Below, one piece after another: positions 13,641 to 26,601 of a stretch of DNA of 64,000 nt (its first letter is position 1; every line of letters begins with the position of its first letter). A program made the translations under genes and the position numbers. The notes under the pieces were generated by a model. The model ran no database searches and was not told the origin of the DNA. It worked only from the letters and a program-made list of their open reading frames with translations. This stretch comes from Ylistrum balloti (lineage: Eukaryota): the NCBI RefSeq assembly GCF_031769215.1, contig NW_026782366.1, positions 992,001-1,056,000 on the forward strand. Reading direction: 5' to 3'.

Positions 13641-16600
13641 ATTAGTATCGTGATAGTTCCACTACGCAATAGTACACCATGGGTTTTTACGTTACCAAAC
13701 TACAAGAATGACGTGTTGTGTTTACGACAGATAATTGCCATTACTCAATGTCACAACTGTAGTCATTATATAATCATATTTGGTCTTATTATGCACAATG
13801 CAATTATTTGTCTGGAAAACTTCCAACTCACTAACGAATTGATTGACCTGAGAAGGTTGACCGACTTCTTCCTGTTTCCTTATATAGAAATGATAATAAA
13901 AACAACTCGCAAGGATAATTACTTACTGACTGCAAATAAAAAAAATATCATTTCATTTCAGAATATGTTATTGCACTGATATTGGTACAATTGGAATCGG
14001 ACAGCAGGAATAGTCTACACAAACTATCTCCTTAAAGTAATAACACTGCATACTACGTGGTTGGGAAAGTGACCCCATACCTTGTCGCGTCCATTCGTGG
14101 GAATTGAACCCTGAATTGTATTCAAGGCCTAGTTTAATACAATTATCTTAGATACTTGATGTTCCTAATCACAAAAGTTCTACCAGTGTTTAGATAATTG
14201 TATCGTAAAAGTATGAAGTCTGAATAAAATGTTCGCATTCTGGTAATCCCACAACTTCTAGATTCTACATGGTAACCCATAGTTAAAATAGGACTTTATT
14301 TTGATGGCCGTTCGAAATCACGTGGACATCATTCTAACGTGTTACATAAAATTGATACAAGTCATTATCACTATGGCTTATTGTAAGATATATAGTATTG
14401 CCTACTTAAGCCACTCCTTATTCTATTAATAACCTTTGAATATCTTAATACGCTGAATTCCAACGACGGTAATTACATCCTCGTTCTGATTAATATATCT
14501 GCAATCTATGTTATGAACTTTTTAAGAAGTCGATTGTTTACCAAAATATTTATTCAATGGTGCCATGGATTCTGAGGACTATAACCTACGTCAGCTAAAT
14601 CACGCGACTTACTTCCCGGTTCGAAGATACTGTAAACAAAAACTAAATCTAATTAGATTTGAAAAAACTCCGGTCGTAAAATAGTATTGTTTTCTGATAA
14701 ATGTGTTAGCATCGTGAAAAATATATATCAAGGTCTAAGCTGTGATAGTTTACTCGGAAACAAGAAATAAAAATTAGATAAAACTTTCGTAGAAGTGGTA
14801 TACCTTTCATAAACCTGCTAAAATATCGTAGTTGATTTAACAGCATTTACATGTGGAGATGAAATATGTCATTGAGTTTAACAGTTTATTCTGCAATAAA
14901 CACTTCCCGTAAAACAGACTATGAACTACCACAACTCGTAGGCATAGAGGGATTTAGATAGCCCCTCATGTGAAAAATGCCTAAAGGCGCGTAAATAGTT
15001 AGTATTTTAATTCAAGTGGTCTAGTATTTAAAATACCAAGGACGCTTAAATTCCCAATGCCAAATGTCATAACAGAGTGCTTAAAATGTCAACGACATCT
15101 ACGCGAAAAAGTAGAGAGTAGTGAAAGGCAATACATTGATTTCCATAAGAGTAATATTGTATGGGCGGTTTTAAACAAGGGGAAGTGGTAGCTAAACATT
15201 TTTATCACACCTTGGTCCATCTGACGTTTTTTGATGCTCTCTGGAGAAAAAAAGTAACTAGGTGATGCAAAAATGGTGATCATGGCACAGCATTTTCGTT
15301 ATGGAGAGCAAAATCAGAAAGGGCGTTTCTGCCCAGATTTCTTTTTAAATTCTCCATTTGATTAATGACACTATCGGCAGAATTTATTGAAGAACTCTCG
15401 TATTCTCACAGTTTGCTCATTCTCTGATATATTTCTATTCATACTAGTTCTATGTTGTTATATACGATATGATGGTTGCAATAGATTTACCACCAAATTT
15501 CCAGGTGGGAGTTCCTAGTCGATGGAATGTTATAACAATGACTTCTGAATCACCGAACATATGTGTGATCACTGTCGTACGATAATATCAGCAATGTTTT
15601 GTTAGGTAGTAATACCAATCTTCCCGGGAAATTTTAATCATTATAACTAAGGCTAAACACTTCCTTCTTCTCTTCGTGGAATCCATGTCATGGATGTTTT
15701 GAAGAAAATTATTGTAAAATAATACCTATTTAAAATGGCACCTTGGAATGAATCCAGATTTATTCTCTTGACTTTGCTTTGATTTAAACATATCCATTGG
15801 TATCAAATATACAGGTGGGATTGGGCACAAGATTCTTAAGCCCTTTCCTATAGAGTTTGACAAAATACATATTAACAAGACCAGACAACATGTTTAAATA
15901 CGATTATTATGCGAAGAGAAAGAAAGAGAGAGCGAATATAATTAATTTCTTGTAAATCGGTCTCTCTTTCAATGAACAACACTAGTAAAAATACAAAACA
16001 TGTGTTATATGTCTTAAATAGATCGTAATTGGTACATCTATCTACTCCTAACAATACTAGACTGAAAATTCTCCGTATAGTTTATCAAAATTTTATTGTG
16101 TTGTGAGTTAATCCCGTGATTCTTTAAGTCATATCCCTACAAAACAAAATGTTGTAAAAATTGTATTTAGCACGTCAACAGGTCAACTGATAATATTCCC
16201 GAGATACCAGGAGTCTCTAGATCAAAATCGGTACATCTATCAACTGCTTATAATCCTAGACGGGAATCTAGATACTTTAGTATGTTTGTTATAGCATTAC
16301 GTAAGGAGAATATTGTGTTTATTAACAACTTTCTCAGAAACCAAAACTTAGAGACTAAAACACTTCGATACTGACTTGCTTTTATACAATTTTAACTTCA
16401 GCTTAATTAAATGTTATCAGAGCTGTCATATCATGGTGAAAAATAAACATTTAAATCCTATTTAATTTAATGTATGTTTTCATTTTATTCTACCCCCTCA
16501 GAGTATTCTATTTTTCATTTTGACATTATACATGTACAATATCTTTACTGAATTCAATTACAAAACTTCCTCCTTCGATATGTAGAAATGACATGATATA

Positions 16601-17124
16601 TGTTACCGAGAGAGATTTTATTTACTTCTTATTACCATTAACTACATACTTGTATAATCTATTGTAAGATTGAGAATTCTCGTAACATACATGAAATAAA
16701 CGATTTCATCGACAAGTAGCCTTGTCCTCGCTGATTCACTGTTAATCATTGGACTTTGTAATGGCTTTCATACAAACAGTACCAACTCGAACTTATTGAT
16801 TTACTCTTTGTAACATGGTGCATTTTAAACATTTGAATAAGGTAATTGATTGTGCGCAATAGACATATCTTCTAAATCAAATGAAATAATCGTTTCTAAA
16901 ACTATTCAGTGTAGGAGGTATATGTTGAAAAGGAACAGTATAGGGAGTTTCTGGTTTTTAGCCATATTCCTTATACTGTCACTGAACAATTCATATCAAA
17001 TTACTATGTAAAGATCAATTTAACTTTCGAGCTTTATTTCAATTTCAGCCATATTTTTACCTATCCTGAGTCACAGTTCAATAATATTGCTACACCATAG
17101 ATATGTCCCTATGACCTTCAGTCA

Positions 17125-18950
17125 TTCTGTCATTACCTACCTTTTGATTTGTGTGTATGTGATGTACTCCGCTATAACCTACCTTTTGATTGGTGTGTCT
17201 CATCACTTATGGTTTACTCCGCCATAACCTACCTTTTGATTGGTGTGTCTCATCACTTATGATGTACTCCACCATAACCTACCTTTTGATTTGTGTGTAT
17301 CATCACTTATGATGTACTCCGTCATTACCTACCTTTTGATTGGTGTGTATCATCACTTATGGTTTACTCCGCCATAACCTACCTTTTGATTTATGTGTAT
17401 CATCACTTATGATGTACTCTGTCATTACCTACCTTTTGATTGGTGTGTATCATCACTTATGGGTTACGCCGCCATAACCTACCTTTTGATTTGTGTGTCT
17501 CATCACTTATGATGTACTCCGCCATAACCTACCTTTTGATTGGTGTGTCTCATCACTTATGGTTTACTCCGCCATAACCTACCTTTTTATTGGTGTGCCT
17601 CATCAGTTATGGTGTACTCCGCCATAACCTACCTTTTGATTTGTGTGTCTCATCACTTATGATGTACTCCGTCATTACCTACCTTTTGATTGGTGTGTCT
17701 CATCACTTATGGTTTACTCCGCCATAACCTACCTTTTGATTTGTGTGTATCATCACTTATGATGTACTCCGTCATTACCTACCTTTTCATTGGTGTGTAT
17801 CATCACTTATGGTTTACTCCGCCATAACCTACCTTTTAATTGGTGTGACTCATCACTCATGATGTACTCCGCCATAACCTACCTTTTGATTGGTGTGTAT
17901 CATCACTTATGGGTTACGCCGCCATAACCTACCTTTTGATTGGTGTGTCTCATCACTTATGATGTACTACGCCATAACCTACCTTTTGATTGGTGTGTCT
18001 CATCACTTATGGTTTACTCCGCCATAACCTACCTTTTTATTGGTGTGCCTCATCAGTTATGGTGTACTCCGCCATAACCTACCTTTTAATTGGTGTGACT
18101 CATCACTCATGATGTACTCCGCCATAACCTACCTTTTGATTGGTGTGTATCATCACTTATGGGTTACGCCGCCATAACCTACCTTTTGATTGGTGTGTCT
18201 CATCACTTATGATGTACTACGCCATAACCTACCTTTTGATTGGTGTGTCTCATCACTTATGGTTAACTCCGCCATAACCTACCTTTTTATTGTTGTGCCT
18301 CATCAGTTATGGTGTACTCCGCCATAACCTACCTTTTGATTTGTGTGTCTCATCACTTATGATGTACTCCGCCATAACCTACCTTTTGATTGGTGTGTCT
18401 CATCACTTATGATGTACTCCGTCATAACCTACCTTTTGATTGGTGTGTCTCATCACTTATGGTTTACTCTGCCATAACCTACCTTTTTATTGGAGTGCCT
18501 CATCAGTTATGATGTACTCCGCCATAACCTACCTTTTGATTAGTGTGTCTCATCACTTATGGTGTACTCCGCCATAACCTACCTTTTGATTTGTGTGTAT
18601 CATTACTTATGATGTACTCCGTCATTACCTACCTTTTAATTGGTGTGACTCATCACTCATGATGTACTCCGCCATAACCTACCTTTTGATTTATGTGTAT
18701 CATCACTTATGATGTACTCCGCCATAACCTACCTTTTCATTGGTGTGTCTCATCACTAATGATGTACTCCGCCATAACCTACTTTTGATTGGTGTGTCTC
18801 ATCACTTATGGTTTACTCCGCCATAACCTACCTTTTGATTTGTGTGTATCATCACGTATGATGTACTCCGCCATAACCTACCTTTTGATTGGTGTGTATC
18901 ATCACTTATGGTTTACTCCGCCATAACCTACCTTTCGATTCCTGTGTCTC
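17125..18950 (+). repeat. 50-bp minisatellite B, about 36 units (copy 2)
   Basis: Same unit as 10945-11810; contains a 250-bp (5-unit) internal duplication. Confidence 0.95.
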
Positions 18951-21494
18951 ATTATTCATAATTATTGCTTTTGATATGCTTTTGAACAACCGCTTTGCAT
19001 TGTCGTGTTTTCAGGTCCAAACGTTGGCATATTTAGACTTAAAACTATTAAACTTTCCACCGTATACAAATACCAGTTTATCTGTATACCAAGTACTGAA
19101 AATGTCACTTAGATTAAGAAATTATCAGAATCGGGCCTACTTCAGATATTTTTCAGGGCTACGATCCGAATACTTTCACATTTTCAGTAAATAAAAATTA
19201 CTATTTATAATGACTTCAAAGTGCCTAAGGTGCATGTTTTGTGTAATCTACCAGTAAACGCTGTCTCTGTTTTCATGTTTACTCTTCAGTTTAACCTTCC
19301 AGCTTAATTCTTTATTTCTTTAATTCAATATTCTCTTTTGAGTCTTCCCTATGTTGTGCATGGATGTCATTTACCAAGTCTTGTAAGTATCGAAGATACA
19401 TGTACTTTTCATGACCAAATAATGAAAAATCTCCCCATTCTTACCCGTGCCTTCATCCTTCATCATTTCCAAACTAAACGCGCAAAATACTGAACAAATA
19501 CCACGTACTTATAACTCCAGTTTCGAATTATCAATTGTAAACTTTATACAAATTACAATGCAAGCTAAAATGCAAATTGTATGCAAGATGTACAGCTAAT
19601 ATTATCTTCTGACCTTATCAAACGTAATGGTACATGAGAAGCTGGGAACTATTGTGTTTATGTACTTAAGATCTCTCATTATCATATTTTATCAATAAGC
19701 CCAATGACGATTTTGTGCACCCACACTAATTGTTATAGAAATCACGATGACTATAAAGATATATAATTTTTTAGAGCAATATTGTCGTAGTGGAAATGGC
19801 GAACACTAGATAATCGCAGATATGGTTAAATTTTCAATTTGCACATTTAAAACGCTGTTTGAAAACAAAACTAGCCAGATCAGATTTTATAATTTATTTC
19901 AAATAATTGTATTAGATTCGGCTTTTTTTATATTGGTAGTGCACGAGTATCATATGTAGTGAGAACGCCGCACGCAGGTCTACTATTTCTTACTGTTGAT
20001 ATTTGTTTACGGCCTTGACAGATATGTCGACAATACCGATCTATAATTTACACTAAACCAGCTGAAATACGTCATAATGGTATTCCTATTCTAGTTCCAG
20101 TTAAATCCCTTCAAAACTTCCTGCTTTTAACAATGGTATGGTTCACTGAATTGCACCTGTCCTAAACATACGTAAAACAACACGCATACAGTACTAAATA
20201 CCTTTGGGTATCTGGATATTCTTTACTGGTGTCAGTTATGTAAAATCGAAATCGACCGACACAAGGGAGCCTGAAGCTGGTTCCCAATTCCTAGTTCCGA
20301 ACTAAGAGCCAGATCCAAGTTCCATTTAAGGAAAACTTGTATGCTGAAAAAACGAAAGGTCCAACACGCATGATATAATTCTAATTCGGTACAGGAATCG
20401 AACCCACAATCCTTCAGATAAAAATTAAGACTATCATAGCTGTTGAAACGGAATATGTCTTATATGGAACTTATGTTCAAAATCCAGTCCTGTATAAGAC
20501 CTATCCCACTGTTTATAGGGAGTGTGGTACGCATCGTATAGAGAGCAGTGTTAACATGGAGTACGGTACAAAACGTATTGACATCAGTGTTAACAATAGT
20601 ATCGTATTACATATTGTAGTGGTGATTAAGATACACAACGATAGTGTCCATACCAGTAATTTTTACTCCTGAGCGGAGGTTTATTTGTAAGGACATGTCA
20701 TAGTTCCACTACACAATAGTACACCATGGGTTTTTACGTTACCAAGCTACAAGAATGACGTGTTGTGTTTACAACAGGTAAAGCTATTACTCAATGCCTC
20801 AACCGTAGTCATCATATGATCATATTTGGTATTAATTATGTACTATGCAAATATTTGGTCTGGAAAACTTCCAACTCACTAACGAATTGATTGACCTGAG
20901 AAGGTTGTCCGACTTCTTCCTGTTTCCTTATATAGAAATGATAAAAACAACTCGCAAGGATAATTACTGATTGCAAATAAAAAAAATTATTATTTCATTT
21001 CAGAATATGCTATTGCACTGATATTGGTACAATTGGAATCGGACAGCAGGAATAGTCTACACAAACTATCTCCTTAAAGTAATAACACTGCATACTACGT
21101 GGTGGGGAAAGTGACCCCATACCTTGTCACGTCCATTCGTGAAATTGAACCCTGAATTGCATTCAAGGCCTAGTTTAATACAATTATCTTAGATACTTGA
21201 TGTTCCTAATCACAAAAGTTCTACCAGTGTTTAGATAATTGTATCGTAAAAGTATGAAGTCTGAATAAACTGATGAATAAAATTATGATTATTCTATCAT
21301 GAACTAATCTGAAATACAAAAATTCAAATCTGCGATTTTGTCAAATTAAACAATAAAACGTGAATGTTAAGAATAAATACTGCAAAATGGTATTTTACAT
21401 GCCTCTGTACACACACTCTTTCTTTTATGGTCAGTTCAATGAAGATGGAATGTCGTAAGCGTTTATCTATATTCAGATCAATAATGATGATCTT

Positions 21495-21820
21495 AACGTG
21501 TTTCCTATAGTCAGATCATGGTTCAATTATCTTAACATGTTTCCTATAGTCAGATCATGGTTCAATTATCTTAACGTGTTTCCTATAGTCAGATCATGGT
21601 TCAATTATCTTAACGTGTTTCCTATAGTCAGATCATGGTTCAGTTATCTTAACGTGTTTTCCTATGGGAAGATTAAGGTTAAATTATCTCAATTGTTTCC
21701 TATAGTTATATCGAGGATCGTTATCTTGTTTTCCTATAGTCAGATTTAGATTTTATCGTGTTTTACTATAGTCATATCGGGGATGGTTATCTGAACGTGT
21801 TTCCGTATAGTCAGATTTAG
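21495..21820 (+). repeat. Minisatellite A in copy 3 (mostly a 39-bp variant, no LTR-like insertion)
   Basis: Units ttatcttaacgtgtttcctatagtcagatcatggttcaa. Confidence 0.9.
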
Positions 21821-23691
21821 CATTACGCGCTCAGTAACTGTTGTTATATTACTAAATTTCCAAAACTCAAAATCAAAGTTAAAGAATACAAATATTTATG
21901 AAGCAATTTAAGCACTTTTTACAATTCAACGTTTTATTGCATTTGAATTTTTTTAAAGAACCAAAATGAATTATATTTTGTTGTCAGCAATTTCGATTCA
22001 TTTGAAAAATTCCCAGTTGATACATGTGTTATTTAATGTTTCTGAGAGCCTTTTGTACATTGTGTTCATTTAAAACTAGCCAAAGTTCGTGTTTAACCAC
22101 GATAGTTTAACTATGTATATATATGTAAATGTTCGCTGTCTGGTAATCCCACAACTTCTAGATTCTACATGGTAACCCATAGTTAAAATAGGACTTTATT
22201 TTGATGGCCGTTCGAAATCACGTGGACATCATTCTAACGTGTTACATAAAATTGATACAAGTCATTATCACTATGGCTTATTGTAAGATATATAGTATTG
22301 CCTACTTAAGCCACTCCTTATTCTATTGATAACCTTTGAATATCTTAATACGCTGAATTCCAACGACGGTAATTACATCCTCGTTCTGATTAATATATCT
22401 ACAATCTATGTTATGAACTTTTTAAGAAGTCGATTGTTTACCAAATGTTTATTCTATGGTGCCATGGATTTGAGGAAAATAACCTACGGCAGCTAAATCA
22501 CGCGACTTACTTCCCGGTTCGAAGATACTGTAAACAAAAACTAAATCTAATTAGATTTGAAAAAACTCCGGTCGTAAAATAGTATTGTTTTCTGATAAAT
22601 GTGTTAGCATCGTGAAAAATATATATCAAGGTCTAAGCTGTGATAGTTTACTCGGAAACAAGAAATAAAAATTAGATAAAACTTTCGTAGAAGTGGTATA
22701 CCTTTCATAAACCTGCTAAAATATCGTAGTTGATTTAACAGCATTTACATGTGGAGATGAAATATGTCATTGAGTTTAATAGTTTATTCTGCAATAAACA
22801 CTTCCCGTAAAACAGACTATGAACTACCACAACTCGTAGGCATAGAGGGATTTAGATAGCCCCTCATATGAAAAATGCCTAAAGGCGCGTAAATAGTTAG
22901 TATTTTAATTCAAGTGGTCTAGTATTTAAAATACCAAGGACGCTTAAATTCCCAATGCCAAATGTCATAACAGAGTGCTTAAAATGTCAACGACATCTAC
23001 GCGAAAAAGTGGAGAGTAGTGAAAGGCAATACATTGATTTCCATAAGAGTAATATTGTATGGGCGGTTTTAAACAAGGGGAAGTGGTAGCTAAACATTTT
23101 TATCACACCTTGGTCCATCTGACGTTTTTTGATGCTCTCTGGAGAAAAAAAGTAACTAGGTGATGCAAAAATGGTGATCATGGCACAGCATTTTCGTTAT
23201 GGAGAGCAAAATCAGAAAGGGCGTTTCTGCCCAGATTTCTTTTTAAATTCTCCATTTGATTAATGACACTATCGGCAGAATTTATTGAAGAACTCTCGTA
23301 TTCTCACAGTTTGCTCATTCTCTGATATATTTCTATTCATACTAGTTCTATGTTGTTATATACGATATGATGGTTGCAATAGATTTACCACCAAATTTCC
23401 AGGTGGGAGTTCCTAGTCGATGGAATGTTATAACAATGACTTCTGAATCACCGAACATATGTGTGATCACTGTCGTACGATAATATCAGCAATGTTTTGT
23501 TAGGTAGTAATACCAATCTTCCCGGGAAATTTTAATCATTATAACTAAGGCTAAACACTTCCTTCTTCTCTTCGTGGAATCCATGTCATGGATGTTTTGA
23601 AGAAAATTATTGTAAAATAATACCTATTTAAAATGGCACCTTGGAATGAATCCAGATTTATTCTCTTGACTTTGCTTTGATCTAAACATAT

Positions 23692-24475
23692 CTCCGCCAT
23701 AACCTACCTTTTGATTTGTGTGTATCATCACTTATGATGTACTCCGCCATAACCTACCTTTTGATTGGTGTGTCTCATCACTTATGGTTAACTCCGCCAT
23801 AACCTACCTTTTTATTGGTGTGCCTCATCACTTATGGTGTACTCCGCCATAACCTACCTTTTGATTTGTGTGTCTCATCACTTATGGGTTACGCCGCCAT
23901 AACCTACCTTTTCATTGGTGTGTCTCATCACTTATGATGAACTCCGCCATAACCTACCTTTTTATTGGAGTGCCTCATCAGTTATGGTGTACTCCGCCAT
24001 AACCTACCTTTTGATTTGTGTGTCTCATCACTTATGATGTACTCCGCCATAACCTACCTTTTGATTGGTGTGTCTCATCACTTATGATGTACTCCGTCAT
24101 AACCTACCTTTTGATTGGTGTGTCTCATCACTTATGCTTTACTCTGCCATAACCTACCTTTTTATTGGAGTGCCTCATCAGTTATGGTGTACTCCGCCAT
24201 AACCTACCTTTTGATTGGTGTGTCTCATCACTTATGATGTACTCCGCCATAACCTACCTTTTGATTGGTGTGTATCATCACTTATGATGTACTCCGTCAT
24301 TACCTACCTTTTGATTGGTGTGTATCATCACTTATGGTTTACTCCGCCATAACCTACCTTTTGATTGGTGTGTCTCATCACTTATGATGTACTCCGCCAT
24401 AACCTACCTTTTGATTGGTGTGTATCATCACTTATGGTTTACTCCGCCATAACCTACCTTTCGATTTGTGTTTCT
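23692..24475 (+). repeat. 50-bp minisatellite B, about 15 units (copy 3)
   Basis: Same unit; the array is joined directly to upstream sequence by a copy-3 deletion at ~23690. Confidence 0.95.
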
Positions 24476-26601
24476 CATTATTCATAATTATTGCCTGTAT
24501 TATGCTTTTGAACAACCGCTTTGTAAAGTCGTGTTTTCAGGTCCAAACGTTGGCATATTTAGACTTAAAACTATTAAACTTTCCACCGTATACAAATACC
24601 AGTTTATCTTTATACCAAGTACTGAAAATGTCACTTAGATTAAGAAATTATCAGAATCGGGCCTACTTCAGATATTTTCCAGGACTTCGATCCGAATACT
24701 TTCCCATTTTCAGTAAATAAAAATTACTATTGATAATGACTTTAAAGTGCCTAATTTGCATGTTTTGTGTAATCTACCAGTAAACGCTGTCTCTGTTTCC
24801 ATGTTTACTCTTCAGTTTAACCTTCCAGGTTAATTCTTCTCTTGTCATCTGTATATGACAATATTCTCTTTTGAGTGTTCCCTATGTTGTGCATGGATGT
24901 CAAGTCTTACCAAGTCTTGTAAGTATCGAAGATACATTTACTGTTCATGACCAAATAATGAAAAATCTCCCCATTCTTACCCGTGCCTTCATCTAGGTGG
25001 AATCAGTATCTTTTCCAAACTAAACGCGCAAAATACTGAACAGATACCACGTACTTATAACTCCAGTTTCGAATTATCAATTGTAAACTTACAAATTACA
25101 ATGCAAGCTAAAATGCAAATTGTATGCAAGATGTACAGCTAATATTATCTTCTGACCTTATCAAACGTAATGGTACATGAGAAGCTGGGAACTATTGTGT
25201 TTATGTACTTAAGATCACTCATTATCACATTTTATCAATAAGCCCAATGACGATTTTGTGCATCCACACTAATTGTTATAGAAATCACGATGACTATAAA
25301 GATATATAAATATTTTAGAGCAATATTGTCGTAGTGGAAATGGCGAACACTAGAAAATCGCAGATATGTATAAATTTTCAATCTGCACATTTAAAACGCT
25401 GTTTGAAAACAAAACTAGCCAGATCAGATTTTATAATTTATTTCAAATAATTGTATTAGATTCGGCTGTTTTGTATTGGTAGTGCACGAATATCATATGT
25501 AGTGAGAACGACGCACGCAGGTCTACTATTTCTTACTGTTGATATTTGTTTACGGCCTTGACAGATATGTCGACAATACCGATCTATAATTTACACTAAA
25601 CCAGCTGAAATAGGCTACGTCATAATGGTATTCCTATTCTAGTTCCAGTTAAATCCCTTCAAAACTTCCTGCTTTTAACAATGGTATGGTTCACTGAATT
25701 GTACCTGTCCTAAACATATGTAAAACAAAAAGTCTCAGCACTAAGTGCGGTTGGGTATCTGGATTTTCTTTACTGGTGTCAGTTGCGAAAATCGACCGAC
25801 ACAAGGGAGCCTGAAGTTGGTTCCCAATTCCGAGCTCCGGAAATGGGAGCCAGATCCAAGTTCCATTTAAGGAAAAAAATTCTGTTGACAAAACGAAAGA
25901 TCCAACACGCATGATATAATTCTAATTCGGTACAGGAATCGAACCTATAATCTTTCAGATAAATATTAAGACTTTCATAGCTTTTGAAACGAAATATGTC
26001 CCATATTGAACTTATGTTGAAAATCCAGTCCTATATAAGACCTATCCCACTGTTTATAGGGAGTACACATCGTATTACGTGATCACGGTATAAGCGGCGG
26101 AACAAATATTATCATTTAGTTTAATGTTACTGTCTGTTCGATTCAATTTGGGACGAAATCACAAGCACAGTGTCGATCATTAAAATGAAAAAGGAAGGGT
26201 TGCGCCCAGCTGTCTTTCTATATATATTTTTATTCTGATAAAAATCGAAATGTCAACACATAATGACACAAAGTAAATGAGGATAACAAAAGTGATTTAA
26301 AACAGGAAATGTAACGATCACTTTCTCCCCAGACACCAATCAATCATTCAAACTATTACATACACGTATTATGTTATAGTATTTACCATTACGCCTTAAC
26401 TTATGGCGTAAACAAAACACACGGGGTACAGAACAAGTCAACTTTGGATTAGCGTTGATTGTGATAGAAACGGATGCTGTGATTGTTATATATATATTTC
26501 TTGAACTCTTGTTAGATTTTTTTTACTGGAAGTTACAAAAACATCGCTCGTGTTTTTTATGTTCGGTCTGTTTTTTCCCTGGGTTTGTTTTACATGTAAC
26601 T

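Larger units (their letters stand above)
6261..26064 (+). repeat. Three-copy tandem segmental duplication of a non-coding composite unit: copy 1 ~6261-14113, copy 2 ~14114-21154, copy 3 ~21155-26064 (truncated)
   Basis: The block aattg(t/c)attc(g/a)aggcctagtttaatacaattatcttagatacttg recurs at 6261, 14114 and 21155 and is followed by collinear homologous blocks. Duplicated spurious ORFs confirm this: 15089-15283 is identical to 22987-23181, and 18889-19194 closely matches 24415-24720. Confidence 0.95.

Noticed and set aside
10945-24475. 50-bp arrays as CRISPR-like loci
   Set aside because: Units are contiguous with no unique spacers, there are no cas genes, and the context is eukaryotic.
18889-24720. 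Repeated 101-aa ORFs (18889-19194, 24415-24720) as a gene family
   Set aside because: They start inside the minisatellite, have no domain similarity, and their identity simply reflects the segmental duplication.
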